63,157 nt of DNA, filler included, from Octopus bimaculoides (GCF_001194135.2; 5 parts of 4 records of this genome joined end to end with filler, not necessarily neighbours in it); one strand, 5' to 3'. Shown: positions 10,592 to 24,474, counted from the whole stretch's first letter. Numbers and translations are program-made. The notes: generated by a model not told the origin, from the sequence alone.

Positions 10592-12461
10592 GCTGTGATT
10601 CGTTGAGGAAGGTCACATAGTGTCATGGTTTGATGTTTGTATATTGGTAACAGTTAGTTGGAAAATCGGCTGTGTGGTGGACAGGAAATCAGTCAGGTTG
10701 TTGGAGGGGAAGTATGAAGTGGTGGTATGTGCAAGTATATAGTTGTATGTGCGAGTGTGTAGACGTGCTCATATGGTTTTGCATGCATGTCTTTATTGAT
10801 GCTAATGTAAACATCTGTACATGGGTACATATGCGCATGCCCACATATACATGCATATGTAAATGAACATGTGTGCATGCACACATGCATGTAAAACACA
10901 TGTATGAGCACATACACACATGTATTCATTCATATGTACATATGTATATATGCATGCATATTAGTGTGCATGCACACACGCATGCACATGAGTATTCGCA
11001 TGTGTGCATACATGAATATCCATGCACATAACAAACATCGGGGATTGGTAATTGGAGGTCCTGGTCATGGGGTTGGTTGGTAGCGGTGACTTTGGTGCAG
11101 GGTAGCAGCTGGTACTAAGGTGGTATATCCAGGTTGTTGGAGGTCAGAGGCTTGAGATTTACCAGAAGGGCATACCTCTAGTGGCAGCAATAAGATAAAC
11201 CAACTTCCTTGTTGATGGATACTGTGGATTGTCGGAGGATATGCAGATTTTCATAAAGGGAGAGCTGGCAGTTGGGGGCACTGGGTGAATACAGTGGCGC
11301 TCTGTCAACAATAGTCTACTTGATGCTGGGTGTTTCGTCTTGGAAGTCATGGACTCAACAGAGGAAACGAGACAAGGAAGTAGAGTTCTCTCTGTCCCTG
11401 GATCGGAACGAGTGCATATGCTGGGAATATCTTCCCATGAAGTCATTAGCTTGTATAGTGCCTAGTAATGCCATTGGATGGTGTAAGGGTGGCTCTGTAG
11501 ACTACGGTCCTCGAGAGGCAGGATCCCTCTAAGGGCACCTCGTGGGGTTCCGGAAGATGCAGGTTGAGGTTGGGGGTGGTGCAGGTGCATTTTTACGTTT
11601 GTAGATGTGTGCAATGTTAAATATGATGTTGTCTGAGCAGGAGTAACTCACCTTGACATTATGGGGGTTGAAGAATTTGTAATACTTGTGCCCTCTGGGT
11701 AAGTGTTTCTTCATAAACGACAGGGAGCACCCAGCTACGTTGGTGGAAACTTCTAAGTTGAAAGTGGGGTTATACCATATAATTTGCCTTTCCCTAATCC
11801 TTTTTGGCTAAGGAGAGTGTGTTTGGGGGTTGTCCACATTTTGTGAGCTTCTCAGTAAACCCACTCCAAGCCAAAACGTTGTTGTAGTTGGTGCAGGGCT
11901 AACTACCGACAACCTGGATATACCACCTTGTTACCAGCTGCTACTCTGCAATGACATCACCAACACCAACCAACCCCATGAACAGGAGTGCCAATTACCA
12001 ATCTCCAATGTTTGTTATGTGCATGTATACTCATGCATGTGCACATACATGAGTATGCAGGTGTACATATACTAATATGCATGTGAACATGCATGTGTAT
12101 ATACATATGTACATATCAATGAATATGCATGTGTGTGCATACATGTATTCTGCATGTGAGTGCACAAATGCTGGTTCATGGGTGTGAGCTTGTGTGGGTG
12201 TGCAAGTAGGTACCCATGTACGGATTCGCATGTTCACATCTACAGAGAAGCACACAAAACCATATGAGCACATCTACACACCTACATATACACCTATATA
12301 GTTCCTCTCCAACAATACAATTTCCTGTCAACGACACAGTTGATTTCCTGTCCATCATGTAGTCAATTTCTTGTTCCAAATGCAGTATTTTCCAACTAAC
12401 TGTTACCGATATACCAACATAAAACCATGACATTGCGTGACCTTCCTCAATCAATTGCAGC
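10592..12461 (-). mobile_element. Penelope-like element, 5'-truncated, with an inverted terminal repeat
   Basis: Minus strand encodes RQIIWYNPTF..STNV, KHLPRGHKYYKFFNPHNVKVSYSC and CPLEGSCLSRTVVYRAT...TSLSRFL...CQLSLYE (PLE thumb/GIY-YIG region). Arms 10592-11140 and 11906-12461 are inverted copies of the 3' UTR. Confidence 0.85.
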
Positions 12462-12523
12462 ACAAATTAGGTATATATGCATGCATATATACATACATAA
12501 ATAAATATATATATATATATATA

Positions 12524-12851
12524 TATACATTTAAAAAGGAAGATTCAACACCGGAGTTTTATATCCATTTTCTTCATTCAATGTAAACATTTCTGTGTTT
12601 GACTATATTTAACCATTAATAAGTTAAATATATTAATCGTCTCACACGTCATCAGGAATGATTTTCATTAGAACAAAAAACCAAAAGAAAACATAATGAA
12701 TCGATCAAGCAAATCATTCCTGATGATGTGTGAGACGATTAATATATTTAACATATTAATGGTTAAATATAGTCAAACACAGAAATGTTTATATTGAATG
12801 AAGAAAATGGATATAAAACTCCAGTGTTGAATCTCCATTTTTAAATGTATA
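12524..12851. repeat. Fold-back element: 141 bp inverted arms, 46 nt spacer
   Basis: Arms 12524-12664 and 12711-12851 differ at 6 positions. TA-rich termini. Confidence 0.95.
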
Positions 12852-13530
12852 AATTTGAAACTTTGGAAATATAAACAATGAGAATGATCCTTAAGGAATC
12901 TAATCAATGATTCTTTGAGGTGAAATCTTATGCTATATTGGTAACAATTACAGAGTTTACTTTTTGTTCCTAACTTTGACACTGCAAAAATTCTCAAATT
13001 TTCTTTAAGTTGCTACGTGGTAGTAACAGTTTTCTCGAAGATGTATCTTGTCATGAATTGCTTGAAATATGGAGAAGAAAAACAGCCAACAACTGATGAA
13101 GAGTGGTCTTTTTATGTTACTTGTCTTGTTTTCCATTTGTTTCTTTCTTTGTTCCCAAAAGAAACGAAAAAGTTTGTATTCCATGTTTTCATATTGTTGT
13201 TTATGTCCTGTGCCCATATATGCATATGTATACACACACACACACACACACACATACATATATATATTATATATGTTGTTGTATAAGTGTGAAGGTACCA
13301 CACTTATTCATGTTAACAAAGGGATGTGGGTTCACGTCCCACACAGATGGGAAAGCCTTCTTTTTTCTGTCGAGGGCTTATATGCTCTGTTATTAGACTA
13401 TTTTCGTTAGTCATTGCATGGTGAACGGCATAAGCTTTAAGCTTATATAAAAATACCATTATCATTATTTATAGGATTGTAAAATACGGCACCGTATAAT
13501 AAAGCCATTCGCACCGAAAGCATATATATA

Positions 13531-13972
13531 TCATCATCATCTGAGGACTGGTGAAACCAGATGGCTACACCAGGCTCCAATCTGATTTGGCAGAGTTTCT
13601 ACAGCTGGATGCCCTTCCTAACGCCAACCACTCACAGAGTGTAGTGGGTGCTTTTACGTGTCACCCGCACGAAGGCCAGTCAGGCGGTACTGGCAACGGC
13701 CACGCTCAAAATGGTGCATTTTATGTGCCACCCGCACAAGAGCCAGTCCAGTGGCACTGGCAACGATCTCGCTAGAAAATCCCACGAAGGCCAGCCAGGC
13801 GGCACTGGCAACGGACACGCTCAAAATGGTGCATTTCATGTGTCACCCGCACAAGAGCCAGTCCAGGGACACTGGCAAGGATCTCGCTCGAAAATCCTAC
13901 GACGGCCCCGCACAAGAGCCAGTCCAGGGGCACTGGCAACGATCTCGCTTGAAAAATTTCATGTGTCACCCG
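13531..13972 (-). mobile_element. RTE LINE 3' UTR copy with five hairpin units
   Basis: Same family as 7878-8578. (CAT)n tail at 13531-13541. Runs into a gap. Confidence 0.9.
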
Positions 13973-14072
13973 NNNNNNNNNNNNNNNNNNNNNNNNNNNN
14001 NNNNNNNNNNNNNNNNTTAATTAATTAANNNNNNNNNNNNNNNNNNNNNNNNNNNNNNNNNNNNNNNNNNNN
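13973..14072. other. Artificial assembly spacer 44N-TTAATTAATTAA-44N (also 40161-40260, 54492-54591, 60615-60714)
   Basis: The identical 12-mer, with stop codons in all six frames, sits in the centre of a 100-bp gap four times. Confidence 0.9.
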
Positions 14073-14127
<55 letters not shown>

Positions 14128-14135
14128 AGAGATAG

Positions 14136-14173
<38 letters not shown>

Positions 14174-14532
14174 TGTGTGTGTGTGTATGTGTGTGTACCT
14201 TTAAAAGGATGGGCTGGTCACAACTGAAGTACATATGATAATGAGTCTCTTCGATCAAAAATTGATCTGGGACATCAACGTTGGCAGGCACACAACGTCT
14301 CAGATTTTTGGAATGATGTTATAACACTCACTTAAAACTCTGATCAACAAATGGCGACGAAGCCCAGGGTGAACAGCCGCTTGGAATATATGCTGGCAAT
14401 GGTTACGGTTTCCAACTGGCTAGACACTGGCTCACTGTGTCTACATGGCAAGAGTACAACAGATTTTCTATGTAGAGTGTAACTGATTGCCGAGCCCAAA
14501 TTACCTATCGTGCCTCTTGGCACAATTTCAAA

Positions 14533-14572
<40 letters not shown>

Positions 14573-15006
14573 ACACACACATACACACGCAACGGATTTC
14601 TGCTCCGTACAGTTTGTACCTACAAATTCCATTCATAAGGTATAGGCTAACTTGAAGTTTTGGCAGAATATGCTTGTCCCACGTTGCTACGTAATGAGAT
14701 CGAACCAGGAACTACGTGTTTTTGAAGCTAACTTTTTAACTACATCGACATGACGGCGCCAATTCTAAAATGCATTTTGTGTGTTGTACAACATCAAAGA
14801 TGTTTAGTTTAATAAGATCTCCAATAACTATGTGACAAGTATTGCTGTTTGGCTTTGAAATAACTCTTCTTCTGTACTATATCTTGTTATAAACTCACAC
14901 ATAATAAAAAGTCATTTTTTTCCTAACCGAACTGTTTGTTTTTAATCATATTTCTCAAAAGAATGCACTGGTCGGTTATATAGTGTTTTTTTTTTGTTTG
15001 CTTGGA

Positions 15007-15150
<144 letters not shown>

Positions 15151-16982
15151 TATAAGACCTCATTGGTAAAAATTACTTCGCCTATAGGTGTTTCGTAGTG
15201 TGACTTTAGAGCTCATAATATCGATCGATTTCTTCCGAATCAAAAGCAATATCGATTTCTTTAGATCGGATATATAATTAGTTCGATCCATGAGCCTTCT
15301 AGTTATGTCAAGATAAACATTCAATTATTATCCTGGAACCTACGTGTTAGATCTTTTTTTTTTATCTAGAAGCTCCTAGACTGTAGATTTTAAAGAATTC
15401 TACTCAAACTGGTTTTATGTTTAGAACCAAATCTTCATCTTGTCTGTTGACCTGTCTTTGGATTCTTTACATATTAGGCGAGCAATCAGAGTGGAAGTCT
15501 AACATTGGATTTTGTCATAGAAATCATAGAAATGTCAGCATTTATTGCTCCATCTTTATAACGATTTCCTGTTGAAATGACAACACTGTAGCACACCTTT
15601 GATCATAGGCCTTTTGTATTAGAGTTGATCTGAAGCTAAATACCAACAACGCTTTATATAGAGGCGGAACAGCCTCGGCATACGCTTTTTTTTATATATA
15701 GTTCTATAAATATTTCCCACGATAAATACTGCGATAAATATAGAAAAATCAATTTATGCAGAGCACTGCTTTCTCTCGTATATTTACTAACATGCCCTAA
15801 CAGACATGTTAATAAACTTATATTATTTTCGATTTTGAAAGAAGCTCGTTTTCGTCTTTTCTTCTATTATTTATAAACTTTAAGCTGATACAAAAAAGAG
15901 ATTTAACTTTGTATGAATATTAACTAGAGATTGGTATTATTAACTTCAGGCAATGTTAATAACATTTTAAAAACATTCCGTGTTATACAACTCATCACTT
16001 TGTCATCTCTGGTTTATTTTGGCTGTTTTTGTGGCAGAATAGATAAGAAAAGTCCACTAGCCCCTTGCTTAAACCTACAATTCTTGGTGGAAAAGGTCAC
16101 TGCGTATAAGCTATCACGACCCTTTCACAATATAGTGTAGCTGATCGTGAGAGAGAAGATTCAACTCTAGTGCTTAACTGGAACTTAATTTATAGGCCTA
16201 AAAGGTTACTATGAAAACATGACCTCAGTGACATTTGAACTCAAAACACAACGACCCGAAACAATATTCACGTGGAATTTATCCGATGCTCTGTCGATTC
16301 TGCCAATAAATAAAAAAATTTGGTTTTAAATTTTGGCACAAGACCAGCAATTTCGAGCGAAGTCGATTACATCGACCCCCGTGTTTAATTGATACTTACT
16401 TTACCGACTTCGAAATGATGAAAGGCAAAGTCAACCTCGGCAGAATTTGAACTCAGAAGCTAAAGACAGAAGAAATACCGCTAGGCATTTTACCTGGTGT
16501 GCTAACGATTCTGCCAGCTTGCCGCCCTAATAAATAAAGATATATTAATAACTTTTTAGATGATTGAGTTTCGAAGATGTCGCAAATAGTAAGTATCTGA
16601 GTTCGCCTTATCATATGGCTTCTTATTTGGGGTAATAATCTATCTTCTATTGCTAACATATTTTATCTCGTTACGTCACATTACGTTCTGAGTTCAAATT
16701 CTGCTCCGACCGACTTTGCCTTTGATCTTTCCAGAAATGGATCAATTAAATATTGATAACTAAGTCACCCCAACCCCTTCTCCAAAACTAATTGTCATGT
16801 AGCATTTAATTGCATCTCTTTACGTTTTGAGTTTAAAAACCGTCGAGGTTGAAATCGCTTTTCATCCGTTATTGATTATACACGTCTTCAATAAATATTG
16901 GTTTTCTACCTGACTGGAGAATCTCTTTACTCTTTTGGTTCGCAGAGGCACACAACTGATGATCTAATTATCTATCAATTTG

Positions 16983-16984
<2 letters not shown>

Positions 16985-17055
<71 letters not shown>

Positions 17056-17066
17056 ATATCTATCTA

Positions 17067-17133
<67 letters not shown>

Positions 17134-17157
17134 TTCTGTCTGTCTGTCTGTCTGTCT
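16985..17157. repeat. (ATCT)n(GTCT)n tetranucleotide microsatellite
   Basis: Directly visible. Similar arrays at ~31425-31515, 49480-49665 and 53270-53325. Confidence 0.98.
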
Positions 17158-17973
17158 TATATACACACTCTCTTCAAATTGTACTTGGATAAATCAGCCC
17201 AAATCGCAACAAGAGACACTTGCAGTGAGTGGAAAAGGTTCGAATTCAGCACTGCAAGTTAACAAATCATTTGTCCCTCTATGTGGTCGCTCTATCTGCT
17301 AGAAATAGCAACCAAATTTTCTTCAGATCATATCGAACGTCTTATAAGAAGTCATACTAGCTAACGTGCTCTTTGGTTCCCTGCATATAGGGAAAAGGCG
17401 AGGTGGTCACGGCGGGTATTATTCGCTCAAGGTTGACCTGGGGTTAAACAGAAACAACAATGTTGCCGCTGTATGAGGCGCAGCAAATTATCTCTATCTT
17501 GGGGACTGTGTCATTCGATAATTTGCATTAACCATGCACACAACGCAATGTCAGCAATGGATTACGAGCCACAGATCACTTCTCAACTGTTTGTCCGATA
17601 CTCAGCTTAGGCAGCGAATCGGCAAATTCAAGCAAATTGCGGCTTTCAGGACTTTCTGAATCATACGCCTAAAAGAAAAATTACCTTGAAGTTTTTAGTA
17701 GTGGAGCCCGTCTAATGTTGATTCATGTCTCGAAAAAGATTACTCATGCCTACATTAAATCATATGCTAAAATATATTGTAGTACTTGTTCTGGCTCTCA
17801 TGGCTCATTGCTTAAGTTCCATCGAGGTCTTTGTGCCATTCATTTTTTCAAGAGTCAATGAAATAAAGTGCCAGGTCAGGGCGATGGGTTGATGGTATTT
17901 TTAGAACGTCGGGCGAGATACTCTGCGGTATTTGTTCTCGCTGTTTGTAGTTTGAGTTCTTGTAAGGTAAACT

Positions 17974-18326
17974 AAGTCATGAATGGCCGACTGGGTGGAG
18001 TTTCTGCCGTTTTAATTGTTTAGTCCATGGTAGAAGGGAAGCATCCATGACTCTTTTATTTTCAAGGTATCTGAGACTTGTGGGAGGAAGAGAATAAACT
18101 AGCTTCGAACCTGAGACGTGGCTCGAATACTTGGTCCTTCGGTGCCTTTAGTATAATTCACTCTATTGCAAGTATTCGAGCTACGTCTCAGGTTCGAAGC
18201 TAGTTTATTCTCTTCCTCCCACAAGTCTCAGATACCTTGAAAATAAAAGTCATGGATGCTTCCCTTCTACCATGGACTAAACAATTAAAACGGCAGAAAC
18301 TCCACCCAGTCGGCCATTCATGACTT
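17974..18326. repeat. Near-perfect long inverted repeat: 160/158 bp arms, 35 nt loop
   Basis: Arms 17974-18133 and 18169-18326 differ by one substitution and one 2-nt indel. Confidence 0.97.
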
Positions 18327-19439
18327 TATGTCTAAAGAGAACAATCATTATTTACAAAGTTTGTATTTTTCGTTCCAATTCGCATTAAATCTAAACTGCC
18401 AGTATAGCAGCTATAAATACTTTATGATCACAAAAGCTATACAACAAATCACTACCACTGATTCAATAGCGAGATAGATGAAAAACAGACTGCAACTTTG
18501 TATGTTTGTTGTAAAGTTAAACAAATTCCAGTGTGTTTACGGCCAACATCTGGTGTAGTTTCAGCAGGTTATATAAAGAAGATAAGGCAAAGACAACCTT
18601 ACTCAAAGAACAATATACACCTTGGTTCTTGATTCCTGGCTAGTGGCGCCCAGTTAGAAGGTAACTGATTTCTAACAGATTACAATTAGCAGGGGTGGGG
18701 GAAGCAGAAGCAAACAACGAATACAACGAACGAAAAGCAAATAATACAAAAGAATGAAAAAGAAGTAAGATAAGAAAGCGAAATATATTAAAATTGCCCG
18801 AAGAAAATATCAATATTGTTTTTCTTGTTAAGTATACTACTTTCTTACATGAGAACAAAGCCACGATTCGGAGGGGTTGGGGAATATTTGTTTTATTAAT
18901 CCTGTTATAAGGGGGATGAGACAAAGGTAAAACTGACTTCGATAAGATTTGAACTTAGAATGCAATATGACAGCTAAATACTGTTAGAAGACGTTATAAT
19001 TATGTCCGATGCCATTTGCACCCTCTATCGTCCTTTATTAGTTTGTTGAATGATTTCAATAACTTTCACCGTCGAGGAGTGAAGTCGATTAAATTCCATC
19101 CACGTAGAAATTTACTACGTATTATTTACTTTAACAAACCCTGAAGGATATAAAGTAAAGTTGACCGTGGCAGGACTCGAATCAAAAAGACGTAAAGGGA
19201 TGTAACTAAGTACACCAACCTATTTTGTCCGGTACTCTTACGCTTTTACTATATACTACCTTCATTTTGGACATGAACAATTTTATTATTGTTTTTTTTT
19301 CTTTTTTTAATGCAACACGAATTCACTATATTGTATAAGAGGGAGAATATGAAGTGTGATGCTCGCTCTAATCCTGAAGGCAGAAATTGAAGCCTCACCT
19401 TAATTTTTGCTTAATGGCAACGTGCCTCTTGGTCTACGT

Positions 19440-20060
19440 TCATCATCACAAAAGCTAATCTATTATTGTTGTGGTTGTTAGGCTTTCCAACCTTTCATTA
19501 GCTGTAATATTCATTGCTTTGATCTTATCCGCACTGATTCTCAAACCAATCTTTTCAGAATTCTGTTCTAGTTCGGAAGTGAGCCGTTTAATGTTTTTAT
19601 TATCTTCAGCGAGCAAGACAATGTCATCAGCTAAGTCCAGGTCTTTCAGTCTCGTCTATTGTTTCTATGCTATTCCTCCATCGAGTATGTTTATTGTTTT
19701 CTTTAGTAAAGTCTACTGCCTGTAAGAACATTAGTGGTGACAGAATGCAGCCTTATGTCACTCCAGTAAGGATGTCGAAGAAGTCTGTTTTACCAGTTTC
19801 CCTTTGAACACAGTATCGCAAATTTGAGTAAAGTTCTCTAAAGATATTGACAAAGTGTTGAGGGATGCAGTACTGCAACACAAGTCTCTGCAGGAACTCT
19901 CTGCATACATTATTAAATGCCTTATAAAGTGAATACAATTTAGCTTCGATGGTCTTTGATGCTCAACACACTGTTCAATAACATTTCTGCATGTAAAAAT
20001 TTACTAAACCAGAAGTGTACTAAGGCAGGAGCAACCCGCTGAAATGATCCAAGGGTTCTA
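19440..20060 (-). mobile_element. Degenerate RTE-clade LINE reverse transcriptase fragment
   Basis: KAFNNVCREFL...YCIPQHFVNIFRELY...TGVT*GCILSPL and a downstream ADD/IGL-like segment. Confidence 0.75.
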
Positions 20061-20089
20061 TACCTCATAATAAGAGGGCTAAGTGGAGC

Positions 20090-20395
20090 AAAGAGTGGAT
20101 CACTTACAGTAGTGACTGATAAACAGAGAAGGACTTTGCTGAATATGGAAGGACGAGCTTGCCGATGGATGAAACATATTCGAGAAACATTAAATCAATC
20201 AACACCGACAGAACTGTACAACTGTCGCCAACAAAATGATAAGATAGCTCTGGATGTAGATGAATATCCATTAACAAGTGAAAAGACAACAAAAGTAATC
20301 AAAAAGATGTAAAAGAACAAAGTTGCTAGATTGGATGAAATCGTCGCAAAAATACTCAGATGTGGTGGGAACTAGCGACTGAACTAACAAGTCTG
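20090..20395 (+). mobile_element. Pre-RT segment of an RTE LINE, inverted relative to 19440-20060
   Basis: RWMKHIRETLNQSTP...EKTTKVIKKM*KNKVARLDEIVAKILRCGG, the typical linker upstream of the RT. Confidence 0.7.
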
Positions 20396-20731
20396 AAGAA
20401 TTACTACTGATGCGAGTTGACAATGCCACAGAGTTGGCAAGAGAGAATCATTGTAAAACTGTCGAAGAAGGGACCTATCCAACTGCAATAACTGGTGGGG
20501 GGTGGGGAGGTTCACACTTCTGTTATTGCCTGGTAAAGTTGCTCCTAAACAGGCTGAGGTTATGGACGATGCACTACGAAAGAACAAGCAGGAGTTTAAA
20601 GTAATACTTTTAATATTTTTTGAAACAATGAACGTGTGTGCATTTGTGTGTGAGTGTGTGTGTGTTTTGCATGCACCTGTGTATATATACCTACACATAT
20701 ATACACATATATACATGTACACATGCATATA

Positions 20732-20807
<76 letters not shown>

Positions 20808-21299
20808 CAATATATATACAATATATACATTTGAATATGTGTGTGTATGTATAGAATACAGAATACGGCCATATGTATGTCAGTATGTATGTATGTATAC
20901 TCATTCATGCATATGCACACATACATATGTACATAAATAAATTATGTTAATTAAACATCTCAGAACCAACGGTTTTTTTCCGAACCACCACGAAATTCAA
21001 GGAAGCAGGTATTTACATAAGAGATACTTAGCCCCGTGCATACAAGGCGTTAACAGTTCTGTTCTTTTGTTTATTGTTACTGTCCTAAGTTAAAATCTTT
21101 AATTTTTGTTATTGAAACAAATGTGGCACTGCATTTTTTATTTGAAGTTACCATTCCTTTATGGTTGTACTCCATCGACAGGTAATTTTGAATTCGTGAG
21201 AACTTGTCTCGCGTAAGAACCATATATATAGATTTCGACGAAACCGTAGCGTATATTATACCAAGGCTGACAAATAAATGTTTGTGCTCATAAAATCGG

Positions 21300-21865
21300 T
21301 TTTTGGATGTTAGTTTAGTTTCTCCGGTATATATTTTAGTTTTATCTTTGCTGTTTATTTCTACCTTGGGGCTGCATACTACCGACTTTGTCAGGTATTT
21401 ACCATCTCACAAATTCAGAAATTGCATGATCTTAATGACATCACCTGAGTTAGTCTTTCAAATCATATTTCAGGACATTACAGTCCTCTCAATTAAAGAG
21501 TTGAAGTTGTTTGCCGTCGGTGATTTGTCTGGTATTCTTCGAAGGATTTTTTCTTGGTACCGTTTGAATGTTATGGAGTCATTTTATCCTTTGATTTCTT
21601 TGGGAATAACTTTGGCAAAGGCAAGACTAATTGAGATTTAAAAATTTTTTGTTGCAGTGATGGGATGTGATGTAAATTCTATTTTTGCAGAGAGCGTATG
21701 GCTCTGGGACCAAGTCTGGGATGACTTACGAACATGATACTGCATACTTTGGACAGTTTTGATGGAACATATTCCACATTGCACAGGTAACGTAACACTC
21801 GTGGCGGCGTGGGAGAGTGTAAAAGTTTGAAGTTTAAGCTTTTTAAGGCGATCTCAAAAGTCAAG
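21300..21865 (-). mobile_element. Highly degenerate CR1/L2-like LINE 3' fragment
   Basis: Minus strand LKSLN.. and FAKVI..-like C-terminal residues. Many stops. Confidence 0.35.
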
Positions 21866-22439
21866 ACCTGTCATGTCATTTATTTATTTATTTATTTATT
21901 TATTTATTGTCATCGATCTGGGGTGCTTTAATTCTTATAATGTTTTGTTTTGTGTACGGAAGCTGGGTTGCAAAATTCAAGGTGAGATCTGGAAAATATA
22001 TCTATATCAATCTGTCTGTATCTCTAAATGTATATGTAAATATACATACGTGCACACGCGCGCATGCGTGCGTACGTATCTGTATATGTGTGTATTGAAT
22101 TAAACTTCATGTAATAAACTTGAAATGTACGGGGCCTTAGTCAAAACCAGCTCTAAGATGACTTTTATTGTCTTATAGATTGCTAATATAAATCATCTAC
22201 ATACATGATGTAACCCTAACAATAGATAGTTGCATAACACCATCAGGAATCTTACTGGTCTTTCCTCCCCACTTCACTTCTCCTGCGTCTCACTCTCTGG
22301 GTTTTTCACACTAACCACTTTGTCCCATCTTCTTTCTTGTAGCTTCAACCCTCTCTAATTTCCCCTTAAACCTCGCATGGAGACTAGATTGATCTTACCA
22401 CCCCCGTGTATAAATCCTACTCCATACTAAGCCGTAAAA

Positions 22440-23300
22440 ACAAAAATATTCAGCTATATATATGTTCAAGCAGGCTCCAAAGAGGCTGGCGTTGGTCTTC
22501 ATTGGTAATACTTCCACTAATTAGTAAAACCGATAAAAAGCGTACAGTAAACTTGCTGTGTGGAGTGGAAAATACAACGTTCCACACAGAACTATCCATC
22601 AAGGAAAGGAGAGAAATTAATGAGACAGCAAAGTTTTACACCGTCTAAGTTAAAAAGAAAACCGGCAGCAATTGATAAGGAACACAGGATCACGTGAGCA
22701 TCATACGTGAACAAGAAGTGGTAGGAGAAACAGTGTGAGGAGGTAAACGGAAAGAGGAAGAGAATGAAGAGGAGAATTAGACAATGTTGAGAGTGAGGTG
22801 AAGGGAAAAGAAGAGGGACAGAGGAGTTGAAGGATAAAAAAAGGGTTTAATGTACTAAGAGGTGGTGTAAGAGCAGAAAGTAAAAAATTTTCATTTAAAC
22901 CTGTTGTTGGTGCCAAGTTCGAATATATATATAGATATAATGCAGATTCCAAGAAGCCATTCGTGTAACTGCTTATTTCATATGAACTAATGAACTAAGA
23001 GACAGAGAATATGATTACAGCTAATTGTCGCTTTCTGAGTATTCTCAGCCGAAACTCCTCTCTACTCCATGTAACTTGGTATTGATTAGTAGTGAGTTTA
23101 GACTGATAATAATGTTTAAAAGAATAAAGCTATTAAATTGGAGAAACGTCCAATACTTTTAAAGAGGGGTGCTAAGACTTAAGAATAAATACGCTGCTAG
23201 GATAGGTTGTAACAATGCTGTCACAAATTGTGAGGAACAATGTTATTCTTAATATCTGGAGTAGTGTAAGCCTCCTTAATTAGAATAAAGACAGAAGAAA
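22440..23300 (-). mobile_element. Degenerate Penelope-like 3' end and UTR
   Basis: Minus strand ends ESALYLYIYSNLAPTTGLN, resembling the ..E..FI...TL.P.GLN end of PLE GIY-YIG domains, followed by a CT-rich UTR. Confidence 0.4.
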
Positions 23301-24356
23301 TGCAGCGAAGAAATAAGATTAAAGAGGAAGTGAGCTAATGGATTAATTAAGGGCTAGAGAGGGAGAAAGAGAAAGCGAGAGAAAGAAAGAAAGAGAGAGA
23401 GAGGGAGTCATAATTAAACTATAATCAAATAAAAGTGATATGAAATGAATGCGACTTCATTCATTGTGTCACGGCTGCCATGAAGCCATGCTTTTGATGA
23501 AATTGTAAGAAATACTTAGATAAAACTCAGACAGATATATGATTCAGTCAACATAGATATTACATGAAGCGGATTGCAATAAGAGTCGATTACATTTCAT
23601 TCAAGTCAATAGCATCTAAATTATTAACCTCTAGTTTCCAATAACATGATTGTTATTCTAGTTAAATGGAGGCAATATCACATCTGCGTTTGTTGTAACA
23701 TAAACGAGAGAAACGAAAATTTGACTTAGAGACTCACAATACACAACCGAAACCGAAAGTACTAAGACATAGATTAGTTAACTCATGTTTATCCTTACAC
23801 ACGTATACACAACGTATATGTGAACAGATAGATATTTATACATTTACACACGTACATCACACACGCACACACACACATGTATATAAACATGCACACAAAC
23901 ATACAAACGCATCCACACATATCTATTCAACAATCACTGCATATATATGCATACATAAATACATACATACATACATACATACATACATACACACATAAAT
24001 ACCTACATACGTACGTACATACATACATACATACATACATATACTGAGACACGCATACACATCTTTGGCTATGAAAATAGAAAATAACTCCAGTTGCTAG
24101 ATCATTTCAAGCGTCGGAGAAAATACATTTGGTGATGACGTCAGACATTCCGAGCCAACGCGGGAGCCTCTGCGCGGTCACCCGACCTTCTAAACAGAAG
24201 CCACATTTGACGATATAAAGCATAGAAGGACATATTAGATAATGTAGTCACGGCTATAGTGGCAGGAAAACAACCAACAAAACAGAAAATCCAAGATCAC
24301 GTCTTGAACGCCTTTGATCTAAGGGCTGCTGGTTTAGGACTGATCTAGAACTAAAC

Positions 24357-24377
24357 AACAGCAACACCAACAGCAGA

Positions 24378-24412
<35 letters not shown>

Positions 24413-24427
24413 CAACAACAACAACAG

Positions 24428-24474
<47 letters not shown>

